A stretch of 64,000 nucleotides of DNA. Origin: Candidatus Latescibacterota bacterium (GTDB lineage Bacteria > Latescibacterota > UBA2968 > GCA-2709665). Shown here piece after piece: positions 38,337-48,384 of this stretch. The translations under genes were made by a program, and so were the position numbers. Positions within the stretch are counted from its first letter, which is position 1; each line of letters begins with the position of its first letter. The notes under the pieces are model-generated. The model worked only from the letters and a program-made list of their open reading frames with translations. It was not told where the DNA came from and did no database searches. The stretch covers positions 3,968,001 to 4,032,000 of the forward strand of contig OZ252100.1 of NCBI GenBank assembly GCA_965248435.1, in the 5' to 3' direction.

Positions 38337-39704
38337 ATGAGTGATTCAAGGCGGCCGAACATCGTGCTTATCATGACGGATCACTTCAGACGTGATGCCG
38401 TCGGCCCCAGCACGCCGAACCTGCGGCGCCTCGCCGAGCGCGGTACGCAATTCTTGAATGCCTACTGCTCGGCCCCTCTGTGCCAGCCTTCCCGGACCTC
38501 CCTCATCACAGGGCTGTATCCCTCGCAGAACGACATTTGCGGGAATATGTCCGGTCCGCTTCGTCCTGAACTGCGGGATGATACCTTCATGCATCACCTG
38601 CAATCGGCCGGGTATCACACGGCGATGATCGGCAAGCATCACTACATCGACTGTTACGGCCTTAACGTGGATGTGACTGACAATGATGACGAGATCAAGC
38701 GCTACGGTTTCGACACCGTGTTTCAGGTGGCGGACGCCGATGAGAACCTGCACAATGACGATGAGTACACGCATGACTTGAGGAAAAAGGGAAAGCTGGA
38801 TGAGTATCGCAAGATCCAGGCAAAGCACGCCGAGGCGTGCGGCCCCTATCCCTTCGGCGAAGAGGAATGCGAAGACGGCTTTATCGGGCGCCGGGGCTGT
38901 GAGTTCGTGGACGGCTATCGGGAAGATCGGCCGTTCTACCTGAATCTCTCCTTTATTGGACCGCATCCCCCATACTGGCACCCTGGGGATCTGCAGCACG
39001 AGCCAGAAGACATGCCCGAGCCGATCGGAGTGCCCGACAGCGACCGGACCCGGGTGCTGCGGGCACACTACATGGACAAATGCAGTATTATCGATCGTGC
39101 CGTCGGTCGCCTGGTCGAATCCCTCGAGGAGAGAGGGATTCTGGAAGATACGGTGATCGTCTTTATCTCTGACCACGGGGACATGCTGGGCGATTTCGGG
39201 CTGTGGGACAAACGGTTCTTCTACGAGGCGAGCGTGGGTGTGCCGTTCATTGTGTGCGGCCCCGGCATCCCGACAGGAAGTCGACTCGTGCCCGGCGTCA
39301 GCCAGGCCCTGGTTTCACTCCTGGACCTGTATCCGACCCTCCTCAACCTCGCGGGCGTCGATCCCGCGCCCCTGATGGAGCGCCGTGACGGAAGGGACAT
39401 TCTCTCGATTGTGGAGGGACGGAGGGGGTCCGTGCGTGCGGCGATCTTCGCAGAACTCGCCACGGCCGCCATGATCCGAACCGGGAACTGGAAACTCGTG
39501 TTCGACCCGGAACAGGGGGGAGTAGAACAGCTCTTCAACCTCGCCAGAGATCCCCGAGAACTCGAAAACCTCGCAGGTGTGGCAGGCTATGAACAGGTGT
39601 CGAGTGAGCTGGTTCAGAAGATGCTTGCCCATCGCATTCGGCTGACTCAGACCACCCAGGCCAAAGAGGAGCAGCGGCTTCAGAGGGTGCGGGTCGGAGG
39701 CTAG
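38337..39704 (+). CDS. Sulfatase (Cys-type)
   Basis: RPNIVLIMTDH, CQPSRTSLITG, GKHH, SDHG. Confidence 0.9.
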   Translation: MSDSRRPNIVLIMTDHFRRDAVGPSTPNLRRLAERGTQFLNAYCSAPLCQPSRTSLITGLYPSQNDICGNMSGPLRPELRDDTFMHHLQSAGYHTAMIGKHHYIDCYGLNVDVTDNDDEIKRYGFDTVFQVADADENLHNDDEYTHDLRKKGKLDEYRKIQAKHAEACGPYPFGEEECEDGFIGRRGCEFVDGYREDRPFYLNLSFIGPHPPYWHPGDLQHEPEDMPEPIGVPDSDRTRVLRAHYMDKCSIIDRAVGRLVESLEERGILEDTVIVFISDHGDMLGDFGLWDKRFFYEASVGVPFIVCGPGIPTGSRLVPGVSQALVSLLDLYPTLLNLAGVDPAPLMERRDGRDILSIVEGRRGSVRAAIFAELATAAMIRTGNWKLVFDPEQGGVEQLFNLARDPRELENLAGVAGYEQVSSELVQKMLAHRIRLTQTTQAKEEQRLQRVRVGG

Positions 39705-39798
39705 TGGAGTGATGGTGGTTTCAGACGTCCCGTCACTTTGTGCATGGATGGTAGCAGATCGTGGAACTCAGTAGATCGAGAGAAAGGAGTCTGGGAGC

Positions 39799-41211
39799 GT
39801 GATTGACATCGGCAGCCGACTGGAGTTACTCGTGGACGATTTTTTGATCGATCGCGTGTCCGGAGTTTCCTCACGGCTCCACAGACCCACACCTCGGGAG
39901 ATTGTCCTGGAGCATCAGGAGCCGTGGGAGGGAAATGCCAGTATCTACGACACCGTTTTCCAGGACGACGGCCTTTACAGGCTCTACTACGCCGGCAACC
40001 AGGTGGACGAAGAGACCGGCGAGGAGCCTCATCCGGAGTTCGCCTGCTATGCTGAAAGCCAGGACGGCATCCACTGGACCAAACCGCGGCTTGAGCTTGT
40101 AGCCTTCAACGGCAGCAGGGACAATAACATCATCATCGAGGGAATCGGAACCCACTGCTTTACTCCATTCAAGGACACGAACCCGGATTGTGAGCCAGAC
40201 GCGCGATACAAAGGTCTGGGCAGGGGCATCGGCGAGCAAAGACTCACTTTGTTCGCGTTCAAATCTCCTGACGCCATTCACTGGTCACTGATGAGCGACG
40301 CGCCGGTGATTACGGATGGCTACTTCGATTCCCAGAACCTGGCCTTCTGGGACGACCTCCGCGGAGAATATCGCGCCTACTTCCGGGACTTCAAGGAAGG
40401 AATCCGCGATATAAAGACAGGCACTTCAAAAGACTTCCTGAACTGGACTCCAGGCGCGTGGCTGGAATACCCGGGTGCTCCCGTGGAACATCTCTACACG
40501 AACCAGGTGATTCCCTACTATCGCGCACCTCACATTTTTCTGGGATTCCCTTCGCGCTACGTTCACGACCGAGGTGTACTGACGGATTTCAACCGGATGC
40601 TGGCTGAGAAACAGACGCGGCGCACCGGTACGAGTTATACCGACGGGCTGTTCATGAGCAGCCGAGACGCCCACAGCTTCCGGCGCTGGGACGAGGCCTT
40701 CATCCGACCCGGACCACAGGGCATCGGACGCTGGGTCTACGGGGACAATTTCCAGAACTGGGGGCTGGTCGAAACGGCGTCTGACATCTCCGGTGCACCG
40801 AACGACCTCTCGATCTACGTCAGCGAAGGCTATCGCCGGGGAAGGGGCAGCAAGCTGCGCCGACATACGCTCAGGATCGACGGCTTCGTCTCCGTGCAGG
40901 CGCCTTTGAGCGGAGGTGAGATGGTAACGAAGCCGTTCACGTTTCAAGGGCGCCAGCTGGCCATCAACTTCTCCACCTCCGCCGCAGGGGGAATTAGGGT
41001 GGAGGTCCAATCCGGTGACGGCAAACCCATAACAGGATATACCGAGAAGGATTGCGACGACATCTTCGGAGACCAGATCGAGCGAGTGATCAGTTGGTCG
41101 GGCGAGACAGATATGTCCAGACTTGCGGGCGAACCGGTTCGGCTCCGGTTCGTGATGAAGGATGCTGACCTATATGCCTTCCAGTTTCGACCTGAAACAG
41201 GTGGAGACTGA
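39799..41211 (+). CDS. Beta-propeller glycoside hydrolase-like protein
   Basis: IGSRLELLVDD, YAESQDGIHW, SPDAIHW, FDSQN, RIDGFVS, LAGEPVRLRF...LYAFQF. Confidence 0.72.
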   Translation: MIDIGSRLELLVDDFLIDRVSGVSSRLHRPTPREIVLEHQEPWEGNASIYDTVFQDDGLYRLYYAGNQVDEETGEEPHPEFACYAESQDGIHWTKPRLELVAFNGSRDNNIIIEGIGTHCFTPFKDTNPDCEPDARYKGLGRGIGEQRLTLFAFKSPDAIHWSLMSDAPVITDGYFDSQNLAFWDDLRGEYRAYFRDFKEGIRDIKTGTSKDFLNWTPGAWLEYPGAPVEHLYTNQVIPYYRAPHIFLGFPSRYVHDRGVLTDFNRMLAEKQTRRTGTSYTDGLFMSSRDAHSFRRWDEAFIRPGPQGIGRWVYGDNFQNWGLVETASDISGAPNDLSIYVSEGYRRGRGSKLRRHTLRIDGFVSVQAPLSGGEMVTKPFTFQGRQLAINFSTSAAGGIRVEVQSGDGKPITGYTEKDCDDIFGDQIERVISWSGETDMSRLAGEPVRLRFVMKDADLYAFQFRPETGGD

Positions 41212-42611
41212 TGTCAAAACAGCTGATCCACAAGTTGGCCGTGGACGAACACTGGGTGGAGCGGATGTCCGGCGTCTGGCGAACGCTGAACCACCCCACG
41301 AAGCATCCCGGAAACCCGATCCTGAAGGCTGACCGGCCGTGGGAAGGATATCTCGCGATGCAGCCGGGCACGGTCATCTATGACGAAGATGACCGGCTTT
41401 TCAAGATGTGGTACAATGCGCAGCCCTCGACCGAAAAGCCTGATGTCGATAATTATCTCTGCTATGCCGTCTCGGAGGATGGAACCACGTGGGGAAAACC
41501 GGAGCTCGGAATCCACGACCACAATGGATCGACCGCGAACAACATTGTCCTGAGGGGCGTGGACTGGACGCACAGCGTGATCAAGGATGATGAAGCGGGT
41601 CCACAGCGCTACAAGCTCGCATACTGGTCGCGAAAAGGAGATTTGGAGGGAGTATATGTCGCCTTCTCCGCCGACGGCATTCACTGGGTGGATCACGGAC
41701 AGGTCCCGGTCGTTCCCGCATGGGCCAGCGGCGACACGTTCAGTGTGATGCGAGATCCGAGCTCAGGATCGTATCTTCTATATCACAAGACGCCGGGACA
41801 ATCGATTCGCACGGTGTCACGGGCGATCAGCGAGGATTTCGTCGAATGGCGGGAGAGCCGGCTGGTGCTCGCCCCAGACGTGAACGACGGCCCGGACACC
41901 CAGTTTTACGGGATGTCGGCCTTTCCATACGCCGGGCTCTATCTGGGTCTGATCTGGGTCTATCACACCTACCCGCAGACCGTCGATATACAGCTCGCCT
42001 ACAGCCACGACGGGCTGAACTGGCACAGGGCGTGCGAGCGCAGGCTGTTCATGCACCTTGTTCCCACGAACCGCTACTTCGGTTCGAGCTTCGACAGCAT
42101 GATGGTCTATCCGGCCTCTTCACCAGTAGAGAAGGACGGATTGCTTTGGTTCTACTACTCCGGGTTCAGCGTTCCTCACAACGCACTTCCCGAGGCACAC
42201 GACGGCCAGATCGGTGTCGCCTGCGTCCCGCGTGACGCGTTCTGCAGGCTGGATGCGACGGGTGAGGGGGTTGTGGTTTCCCGGCCGTTCCAGGTGCGTG
42301 GCTCAAAACTCATCGTGAACGGGGCCGTCCGTGGCCCAGACGAGGCCGACGAAACATTGCCGGCCTGGAGCGGCTTGTTCGACGGATGTCCGTCCGGTCG
42401 CGGAAGCATCGTGGCAGAGGTGCAGGACGAGAATGAAAATCCAATATCCGGATACCTGGCTGAAGATTGTCGAGCGTTTACGGGCTCCGGATCGGATACA
42501 GAGATCCGCTGGAAGGAAGGGTCCGATCTGTCGTCTTTGGAGGGTCGACGCGTACGTCTCAGATTCCTGATGCGAAACGCGAGTCTTTATTCATGGTGCG
42601 TACAAGCGTAG
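41211..42611 (+). CDS. Beta-propeller glycoside hydrolase-like protein
   Basis: KHPGNPIL, YAVSEDGTTW, SADGIHW, SHDGLNW; 1-bp overlap with the upstream gene. Confidence 0.72.
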   Translation: MSKQLIHKLAVDEHWVERMSGVWRTLNHPTKHPGNPILKADRPWEGYLAMQPGTVIYDEDDRLFKMWYNAQPSTEKPDVDNYLCYAVSEDGTTWGKPELGIHDHNGSTANNIVLRGVDWTHSVIKDDEAGPQRYKLAYWSRKGDLEGVYVAFSADGIHWVDHGQVPVVPAWASGDTFSVMRDPSSGSYLLYHKTPGQSIRTVSRAISEDFVEWRESRLVLAPDVNDGPDTQFYGMSAFPYAGLYLGLIWVYHTYPQTVDIQLAYSHDGLNWHRACERRLFMHLVPTNRYFGSSFDSMMVYPASSPVEKDGLLWFYYSGFSVPHNALPEAHDGQIGVACVPRDAFCRLDATGEGVVVSRPFQVRGSKLIVNGAVRGPDEADETLPAWSGLFDGCPSGRGSIVAEVQDENENPISGYLAEDCRAFTGSGSDTEIRWKEGSDLSSLEGRRVRLRFLMRNASLYSWCVQA

Positions 42612-42639
42612 GCGTAAGCCCGTGCGGGGAGTTAGTCAA

Positions 42640-43419
42640 ATGAGGGACCTCAGCTATCTGATTATCGTGTGCCTGGTCTTCGCAGGCGCTTGGCCGGGGA
42701 CGACCATCGCGCGCGACAGGAATCCGCCTGCGGCAGGGTTCAACCTCGCAGAGTCGGATGCAAGGGCGATCGAGATTGCGGATGCCGTGATGGAGAAGAT
42801 GGGCGGGCGGCAGAACTGGGACCTAACGCGCTACATCAGCTGGAGATTTTTTGGGCGGAGGCTGCACGTGTGGGACAAATGGACGGGGAATATCCGATTC
42901 GAAGAGAAGGACCGAGTCACGTTGATGAACATCCACGCCCGGAAGGGTCGTGTCTGGCACAACGGTCTGGAAGTGACAGAACCGGATTCGTTGCAGAAAT
43001 ACCTGGATCGAGGCTACCGTGCCTGGATCAATGATTCGTACTGGCTGGTGATGCCGTATAAGCTTAAAGACTCAGGAGTTACGCTGAAATACAAGGGTGA
43101 GGGAATGATGGAGAACGGCAGGGCCGCACACATCTTGACCCTCACCTTCCTGGATGTGGGTGTGACCCCTGAGAACAGGTATGACGTTTATGTAGATAAA
43201 GAGAGGATGCAGGTGGAAGAGTGGTCATTTTATCGGAACGCATCCGACGTTGAGCCACGATTCCATACGCCCTGGGCCGTCTGGAAGCGCTGTGGGAAGA
43301 TCATGCTCTCGGCCGACCGCGGCAAGAGGAGTCATACTGAAGTTGCAGTTTTCGAGGATCTGCCGTCCTGGGTGTTTGACAATCCCGAGCCAGTGAATAT
43401 CATGGAGCTAGGAAGGTAG
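42640..43419 (+). CDS. Exported hypothetical protein
   Basis: Signal-peptide-like N-terminus (MRDLSYLIIVCLVFAGAW...); WINDSYWLVMPYKLKDSGV motif. Confidence 0.7.
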   Translation: MRDLSYLIIVCLVFAGAWPGTTIARDRNPPAAGFNLAESDARAIEIADAVMEKMGGRQNWDLTRYISWRFFGRRLHVWDKWTGNIRFEEKDRVTLMNIHARKGRVWHNGLEVTEPDSLQKYLDRGYRAWINDSYWLVMPYKLKDSGVTLKYKGEGMMENGRAAHILTLTFLDVGVTPENRYDVYVDKERMQVEEWSFYRNASDVEPRFHTPWAVWKRCGKIMLSADRGKRSHTEVAVFEDLPSWVFDNPEPVNIMELGR

Positions 43420-43555
43420 AAGGCCGGGTACCGGGAAGGCAAAACGGTACTGTGTACCGTGGATAATTGCGGATTGCGGATTTAGGATTGTGGAATGAAA
43501 GACCAAGCTCACCGCAGATCGGGTCGAGAACTTAATTTGGGGGAGAGGTTATAAG

Positions 43556-44518
43556 ATGAGCGCCAGACGGATCGTTGCAACCGCACCGATAGACCAGATC
43601 GCGATCGATATCCTTGAAGAGGCCGCACCGGTCCAGATTTCGCCCGCGACTGACGAGGAGACGATGATGGGGTTGCTGGAGGGCACGATTGGCATCGTTG
43701 TCCGTGGGGAGGGAAAAGCGACCGCCAGGATGATCGAATCGGCCGCGGACCTGGCGGTGCTCGGCAGACCCGGCGTCGGATATGATTCCGTCGACGTAGA
43801 GGCCGCGACGGCCAGGAAGATTCCTCTCGTCTACGCACCGATTGGAGGGTTCGCGGTGGCAGAGGGGGCGCTCGCCTTCCTGTTGACCCTGGTCAAGAAG
43901 CTTCCCCTATGCGACGAGATCGTGAAAAGCGGCGAGTGGCAGAGGCGCTACGACGTGAAGACCGGAGATATGGCGGACCATACGCTGGGCATCATCGGGC
44001 TGGGCAGGATCGGAAGGCAGCTCGCTCGACTCGCTTCTCCGTTCGGGATGAAGATCCTGGGATCCGATCCATACGTGGAGCCGGGTGCGCTGGATGAAGA
44101 AGGGATCGAGGTGGTGTCGCTCGACGAGCTATTGAAACGAAGCGACTACATCTCCACACATACCCCTCTCACTGACGAGACGCGTGGACTCATCAACCGA
44201 GACTTCGTCACCAAAATGAAACGCGGAGCGATCCTGATCAACACTTCACGGGGAGACGTGGTGGAAAACCTCGATATCCTGGCCGACGCGCTTGAGGAGG
44301 GACAACTGAGCGGGCTGGGGCTGGATGTGTTTCCCGCTGAACCTCCGGATTCAAACCATCGCATCTTCAGAGACCCGCGCTGCGTCTGCGCGCCGCACCT
44401 GGTGGGGATGAGCGAAGTCTCTATGGACCGGATATTTCGCTCCATGGCGAAGGATATGGTCGCCGTGCTGCAGGGAAGGCGTCCCGAGTTTTGTGTGAAT
44501 ACCGAAGTGCTGGAATAG
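43556..44518 (+). CDS. D-isomer-specific 2-hydroxyacid dehydrogenase (SerA-like, no ACT domain)
   Basis: GVGYDSVD, GIIGLGRIG Rossmann motif, INTSRG, LDVFPAEP, PH. Confidence 0.88.
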   Translation: MSARRIVATAPIDQIAIDILEEAAPVQISPATDEETMMGLLEGTIGIVVRGEGKATARMIESAADLAVLGRPGVGYDSVDVEAATARKIPLVYAPIGGFAVAEGALAFLLTLVKKLPLCDEIVKSGEWQRRYDVKTGDMADHTLGIIGLGRIGRQLARLASPFGMKILGSDPYVEPGALDEEGIEVVSLDELLKRSDYISTHTPLTDETRGLINRDFVTKMKRGAILINTSRGDVVENLDILADALEEGQLSGLGLDVFPAEPPDSNHRIFRDPRCVCAPHLVGMSEVSMDRIFRSMAKDMVAVLQGRRPEFCVNTEVLE

Positions 44519-44550
44519 CAGTGTGAATCCGTTCTAGAAGGATCATCACA

Positions 44551-45726
44551 ATGTCAAAACAGGAAATCAGTCTCCGATACGGATGTAATCCGCATCAATC
44601 CCCCGCAAGGGCTTACAGGAAGGAAGGCGACCTTCCGTTCGAGGTCCTGAACGGGGATCCAGGATATATCAACCTGTTGGACGCGCTGAATTCGTGGCAG
44701 CTCGTCAAGGAGCTGCGCCAGGTCCTGGACCTTCCCGCAGCCGCCTCGTTTAAACACGTGAGTCCGGCCGGGGCCGCCGTCTCCGTTCCATTGAATGACG
44801 CGATCAGAGAGGCCTACTTCGTCGGGGACGTGGAGCTGTCTCCCCTCGCCGTGGCCTATGCCCGCGCTCGCGGAGCAGACCGCCTTTCCTCTTTCGGAGA
44901 TTGGGCGGCGCTGAGCGATCCCGTGGATGTTTCCACAGCCCGCCTGCTGAGCCGGGAAGTGTCTGACGGCGTGATCGCTCCCGACTATGATCCCGAAGCC
45001 CTGGACATCCTCAAGAAGAAGAAAAAAGGAAGCTACCCTATCCTCCAGATGGACGCTGGGTATGAACCTGACGAGACGGAGTCCCGGGAGGTCTTCGGCA
45101 TTACCCTGGTGCAAAAGAGGAACGACCGAATCATCGGTCGTGAACTTCTCGAGAACGTGGTTACGGAGCGGAAGGGGATTCCGGCAGAGGCGAAGCGGGA
45201 TCTTCTTGTGGCCACAGTTTCGCTGAAATACACGCAGTCCAATTCGGTCTGTTTCGCCATCGATGGACAGGTGATCGGTCTAGGAGCAGGCCAGCAGAAT
45301 CGCGTTGCCTGCGTTCACCTGGCTGCGACGAAGGCGGAAGCATGGCATCTTCGCCAACATCCGGCCGCGCTTGAACTGAAGTTCCGCAAGGGGTTGAAGC
45401 GCCCCGCGAAGATCAACGCGATCGAGCTTTTTCTGAGGGGGGAGATGACAGCAGTGGAGCGTGAGGCGTGGGAGGGAGCGTTCGAAACCGTCCCGGAAGA
45501 CATGGCAGCCCAGACGAGGCAGGACTGGATCGGGGGTCTGACCGGAGTCTCCCTGAGCTCGGACGCGTTCTTCCCGTTCCGGGACAACATCGACCGGGCT
45601 GCACGGAGCGGGGCGGAATACGTCGTCCAGGCGGGTGGGTCAATAGGGGATGAAAGCGTGATTTCTGCTGCAAACGAGTATAATATGGTCATGGTGCACT
45701 CGGGCCTGCGTCTTTTCCATCATTAG
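44551..45726 (+). CDS. purH: AICAR formyltransferase (short PurH lacking the IMP cyclohydrolase domain)
   Basis: [42 protein letters not shown]-terminus. Confidence 0.88.
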   Translation: MSKQEISLRYGCNPHQSPARAYRKEGDLPFEVLNGDPGYINLLDALNSWQLVKELRQVLDLPAAASFKHVSPAGAAVSVPLNDAIREAYFVGDVELSPLAVAYARARGADRLSSFGDWAALSDPVDVSTARLLSREVSDGVIAPDYDPEALDILKKKKKGSYPILQMDAGYEPDETESREVFGITLVQKRNDRIIGRELLENVVTERKGIPAEAKRDLLVATVSLKYTQSNSVCFAIDGQVIGLGAGQQNRVACVHLAATKAEAWHLRQHPAALELKFRKGLKRPAKINAIELFLRGEMTAVEREAWEGAFETVPEDMAAQTRQDWIGGLTGVSLSSDAFFPFRDNIDRAARSGAEYVVQAGGSIGDESVISAANEYNMVMVHSGLRLFHH

Positions 45727-45776
45727 TATAGTTGTATATGCAATTGTTTTATTGGTTGTTATGACGATTACTCCAT

Positions 45777-45836
45777 AAAACTTTAACGTAACGTTAAAGT
45801 TTTGGCTTGACTTTGACGTTACGTAAAGTATATTGT
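45777..45836 (+). promoter_or_regulatory. MerR-type promoter with two dyad operators
   Basis: Perfect palindrome AAAACTTTAACGT-A-ACGTTAAAGTTTT at 45777-45803. -35 TTGACT at 45807-45812, second dyad TTGACGT-T-ACGTAAA in the spacer, -10 TATATT or TATTGT. Confidence 0.7.
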
Positions 45837-45883
45837 GGGAAGAACCAAGGGAGCAGGTCCCTCAACTCACCAAGGACTATCGT

Positions 45884-46348
45884 ATGATGCATATCGGCAG
45901 CTTGGCGCAACAGGCCGGGACGACAACTCGAACGGTCCGCTACTACGAAGAAATGGGGTTGATCAAACCCGAATGTCGGACCCCGGGGGGATTTCGGTGT
46001 TACTGTCAGGACCAGCTGAGCAGGCTGCACACGATTCTTAGTTTGAAGGAGATGGGGTTCGATTTGGAGCGAATCAAGGTTATTCTGGACAAGAGGAATC
46101 ACAATGGCACTGGAGGCGAACTGGCTGAGTCTATGCTAGACGACCTGAGTCATCGTCTCGAGGAAGTCACGGGTCAAATAAGGCATTATCAGCAGCTCGA
46201 GTCAAAACTCAGACGGGTCATAGACAGCGTTTGCAGATGTAGGCCTTGCGAGTTGAGACTGGAAGAGAGGTTCTGTCCAGACTGCCACGTGTTAAACGAT
46301 GAACCGAAGGAGCCGATTCCCTTTTTTCATTCCATCCCTCAGAATTGA
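45884..46348 (+). CDS. MerR family transcriptional regulator
   Basis: IGSLAQQAGTTTRTVRYYEEMGLI..RTPGGFRCY HTH; C-terminal CxCxxC...CxxC. Confidence 0.9.
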   Translation: MMHIGSLAQQAGTTTRTVRYYEEMGLIKPECRTPGGFRCYCQDQLSRLHTILSLKEMGFDLERIKVILDKRNHNGTGGELAESMLDDLSHRLEEVTGQIRHYQQLESKLRRVIDSVCRCRPCELRLEERFCPDCHVLNDEPKEPIPFFHSIPQN

Positions 46349-46368
46349 TCTGTCCTCGATTCTGAAAT

Positions 46369-46474
46369 AAAAAAACCGCCGGTTCCGAACCTCCTACAGC
46401 GCGAAAACCGACGGTCAGTCGGAAGAGGTATCCCTCAAGTAGACAAAGAGGAGACACAGCTTCCCTTTCCAATT
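46369..46474 (-). ncRNA. Candidate ~105-nt small RNA
   Basis: Minus-strand promoter TTGACA-N17-TATATT at 46509-46481 and terminator ACCGTCGGTTTT...GGAACCGGCGGT plus U7 ending near 46369. Confidence 0.5.
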
Positions 46475-46530
46475 TGAGAAAATATAACTGAGAGCTGCGG
46501 GGTTGTCAACCGCATCGAGGTAGGTCAAAA

Positions 46531-47379
46531 ATGGGTAAGCGAAGCAAGACAGGTGGAGAAAAGCTCAGGCTTGAATCGGCCGATCTCTACTTGAAGGATA
46601 TTCGAAAGTACACGCCCCTGAGCCGGGAGCAAGAGGGCAAGGTGCTCAGGGCCGCGCGGAAGGGAGATCAAAACGCGCTGAATCGCCTGATTACCGCAAA
46701 CCTAAGGTTTGTGGTCAGAGTGGCGGGTGAGTATACTGGGCGAGGGTTGTCGCTTTCGGACTTGATAGCAGAAGGAAACGTCGGGCTTATTCGGGCGACG
46801 GAGACGTTCGATGTGAGCCGAGGACTGAAGTTCATTACCTATGCCGTGTGGTGGATCAGGCAGGCCATTCTGTCGGCCCTCAATCGTCAGACTCGCATGG
46901 TGGCTTTCCCCGTCAATCAGATCGACGACTCCGACAGACTGAATCGTGCGAGGAGTCGATTGTCTCACAAACTGGGTCGGCCGCCGCATATGGATGAACT
47001 TATCAAGACGACCGACATGAATCCCCGGAGGCTCAGGCGGGCTCTGGAGGCGAACCAATCCACGTTATCTCTTGACAGTCCTGTTTATGACGACGGGAAT
47101 GTAGAATATGGTGATACGCTTCCTGACTCGGATCCCGGACCCGATGAGCTACTAGATGAGGCCCGGCAACGACGCCTGCTGCGGGAGAGCCTGAACCACC
47201 TTCCTGAGAGAGAAGCCAAGATTTTGAACCTCTATTACGGGTTGGATACGGATGAGCCGGAATCACTCGAGGAGGTGGGTAAGCGGTTTCACATCAGTCG
47301 TGAACGTGTCAGACAGATCAAGGACCGCGCCCTGCACAGACTCCGGGAAAGGATGGCACCTGAGAAGTTTCTGAACTAG
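46531..47379 (+). CDS. RNA polymerase sigma-70 family factor (RpoD/RpoS-like, no region 1.1)
   Basis: YLKDI, NLRFVV, DLIAEGNVGLI, KFITYAVWWIRQ, SLEEVG...SRERVRQI. Confidence 0.9.
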   Translation: MGKRSKTGGEKLRLESADLYLKDIRKYTPLSREQEGKVLRAARKGDQNALNRLITANLRFVVRVAGEYTGRGLSLSDLIAEGNVGLIRATETFDVSRGLKFITYAVWWIRQAILSALNRQTRMVAFPVNQIDDSDRLNRARSRLSHKLGRPPHMDELIKTTDMNPRRLRRALEANQSTLSLDSPVYDDGNVEYGDTLPDSDPGPDELLDEARQRRLLRESLNHLPEREAKILNLYYGLDTDEPESLEEVGKRFHISRERVRQIKDRALHRLRERMAPEKFLN

Positions 47380-47400
47380 GGTTTCAGGAGGCAGGAGACA

Positions 47401-47439
47401 AAAAGAAGCGGGGAGCGATCGTTCACTCCCCGCTTTTCT
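47401..47439. terminator. Bidirectional terminator
   Basis: AAGCGGGGAG...CTCCCCGCTT stem with A/T tails between convergent genes. Confidence 0.75.
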
Positions 47440-47452
47440 GTGGCTGTTCATT

Positions 47453-47478
47453 GAGACGCCCCACCGGGACGTCTCTAC
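47453..47478 (-). repeat. GTAG-type REP
   Basis: Reverse strand GTAGAGACGTCCCGGTGGGGCGTCTC; copies at 55950-55975 and 56786-56812. Confidence 0.75.
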
Positions 47479-47496
47479 AGACATAGTTGGAAGAAA

Positions 47497-48219
47497 CTAT
47501 TTGCTGAATCCGATGCTGACCCCGCCCCAGACTTCGCTGTTGTCGTTGTTCACACTGTCGTCCGCATAGCTGTATCCGAATGTAGGGCTGATCGTCCACA
47601 TCCCCTGACTGAAACCGATACTCGCGGTGAGGGTGACATCGTTGAATCCGAAATCACGGGTGGCATCGCTTAGCCCGACGCTCGCCCCGAGTCCAAGACT
47701 GGCCTTGCCTTCGCTGTCCAGCGGAAACTCGGGTCCGATGCCGAATGAGATGTACCAGGCGTTGGCCAGACCGAAGTCGTAATAGGCGGTCAGACTCGGC
47801 GCTGCCGCGTTGTCGAGACTGATTCCGCCGTAGAACTCCTCCGAATGCGTACCGCTGTCTACGCTTGGAAAGGTATACTGAATGTAGCCGACGGAGATTC
47901 CGACGCCACTCTCTTCGCTGAGGGTACGGTCGTAGCTGAGGGTAAAATCGAGCTCGTCCGCACCGTCGAGGTTGGCCGGGGCGCCGCGATCCTGCATCGC
48001 TGCGGACCCCCAAATGTTGAAGGCGACCCCGCTTTCACCCAGACCCAATGTAAGGCTGGGCTGTATCGAGACTTTGTCTGCCAAATTGTAACCGCGCCAA
48101 ATGTACTGGGAGTAGGCATCGACGGACCCATCGACGGAGATCTGCATATCCTGGGCGGCCACGTTTCCCGAAAGCGCGAGTGTCAAGCCGGTTACTAAAA
48201 TGTAATAGGCGTTCCGCAT
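47497..48219 (-). CDS. TorF/TIGR02001-like putative outer-membrane beta-barrel, copy 2
   Basis: Signal peptide; SQYIWRG, ELDFTLSY, GYIQYTFP; alternating C-terminal strand. Confidence 0.75.
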   Translation of the reverse strand: MRNAYYILVTGLTLALSGNVAAQDMQISVDGSVDAYSQYIWRGYNLADKVSIQPSLTLGLGESGVAFNIWGSAAMQDRGAPANLDGADELDFTLSYDRTLSEESGVGISVGYIQYTFPSVDSGTHSEEFYGGISLDNAAAPSLTAYYDFGLANAWYISFGIGPEFPLDSEGKASLGLGASVGLSDATRDFGFNDVTLTASIGFSQGMWTISPTFGYSYADDSVNNDNSEVWGGVSIGFSK

Positions 48220-48384
48220 GGTCCCTCCTTGGGTTTGCTGGCCAACTGACTCAATCCTGTCTGATCGCAGAAATTACACTCACCCGAAGCGGGTGTCAAC
48301 AACATTGAACCGTAAGAATAGAAGCCGCCGGTGCCCATGATGGCCGCCGGCGGCTTCAGTGTTAAAGAGCGAATCCAGCCCAGC

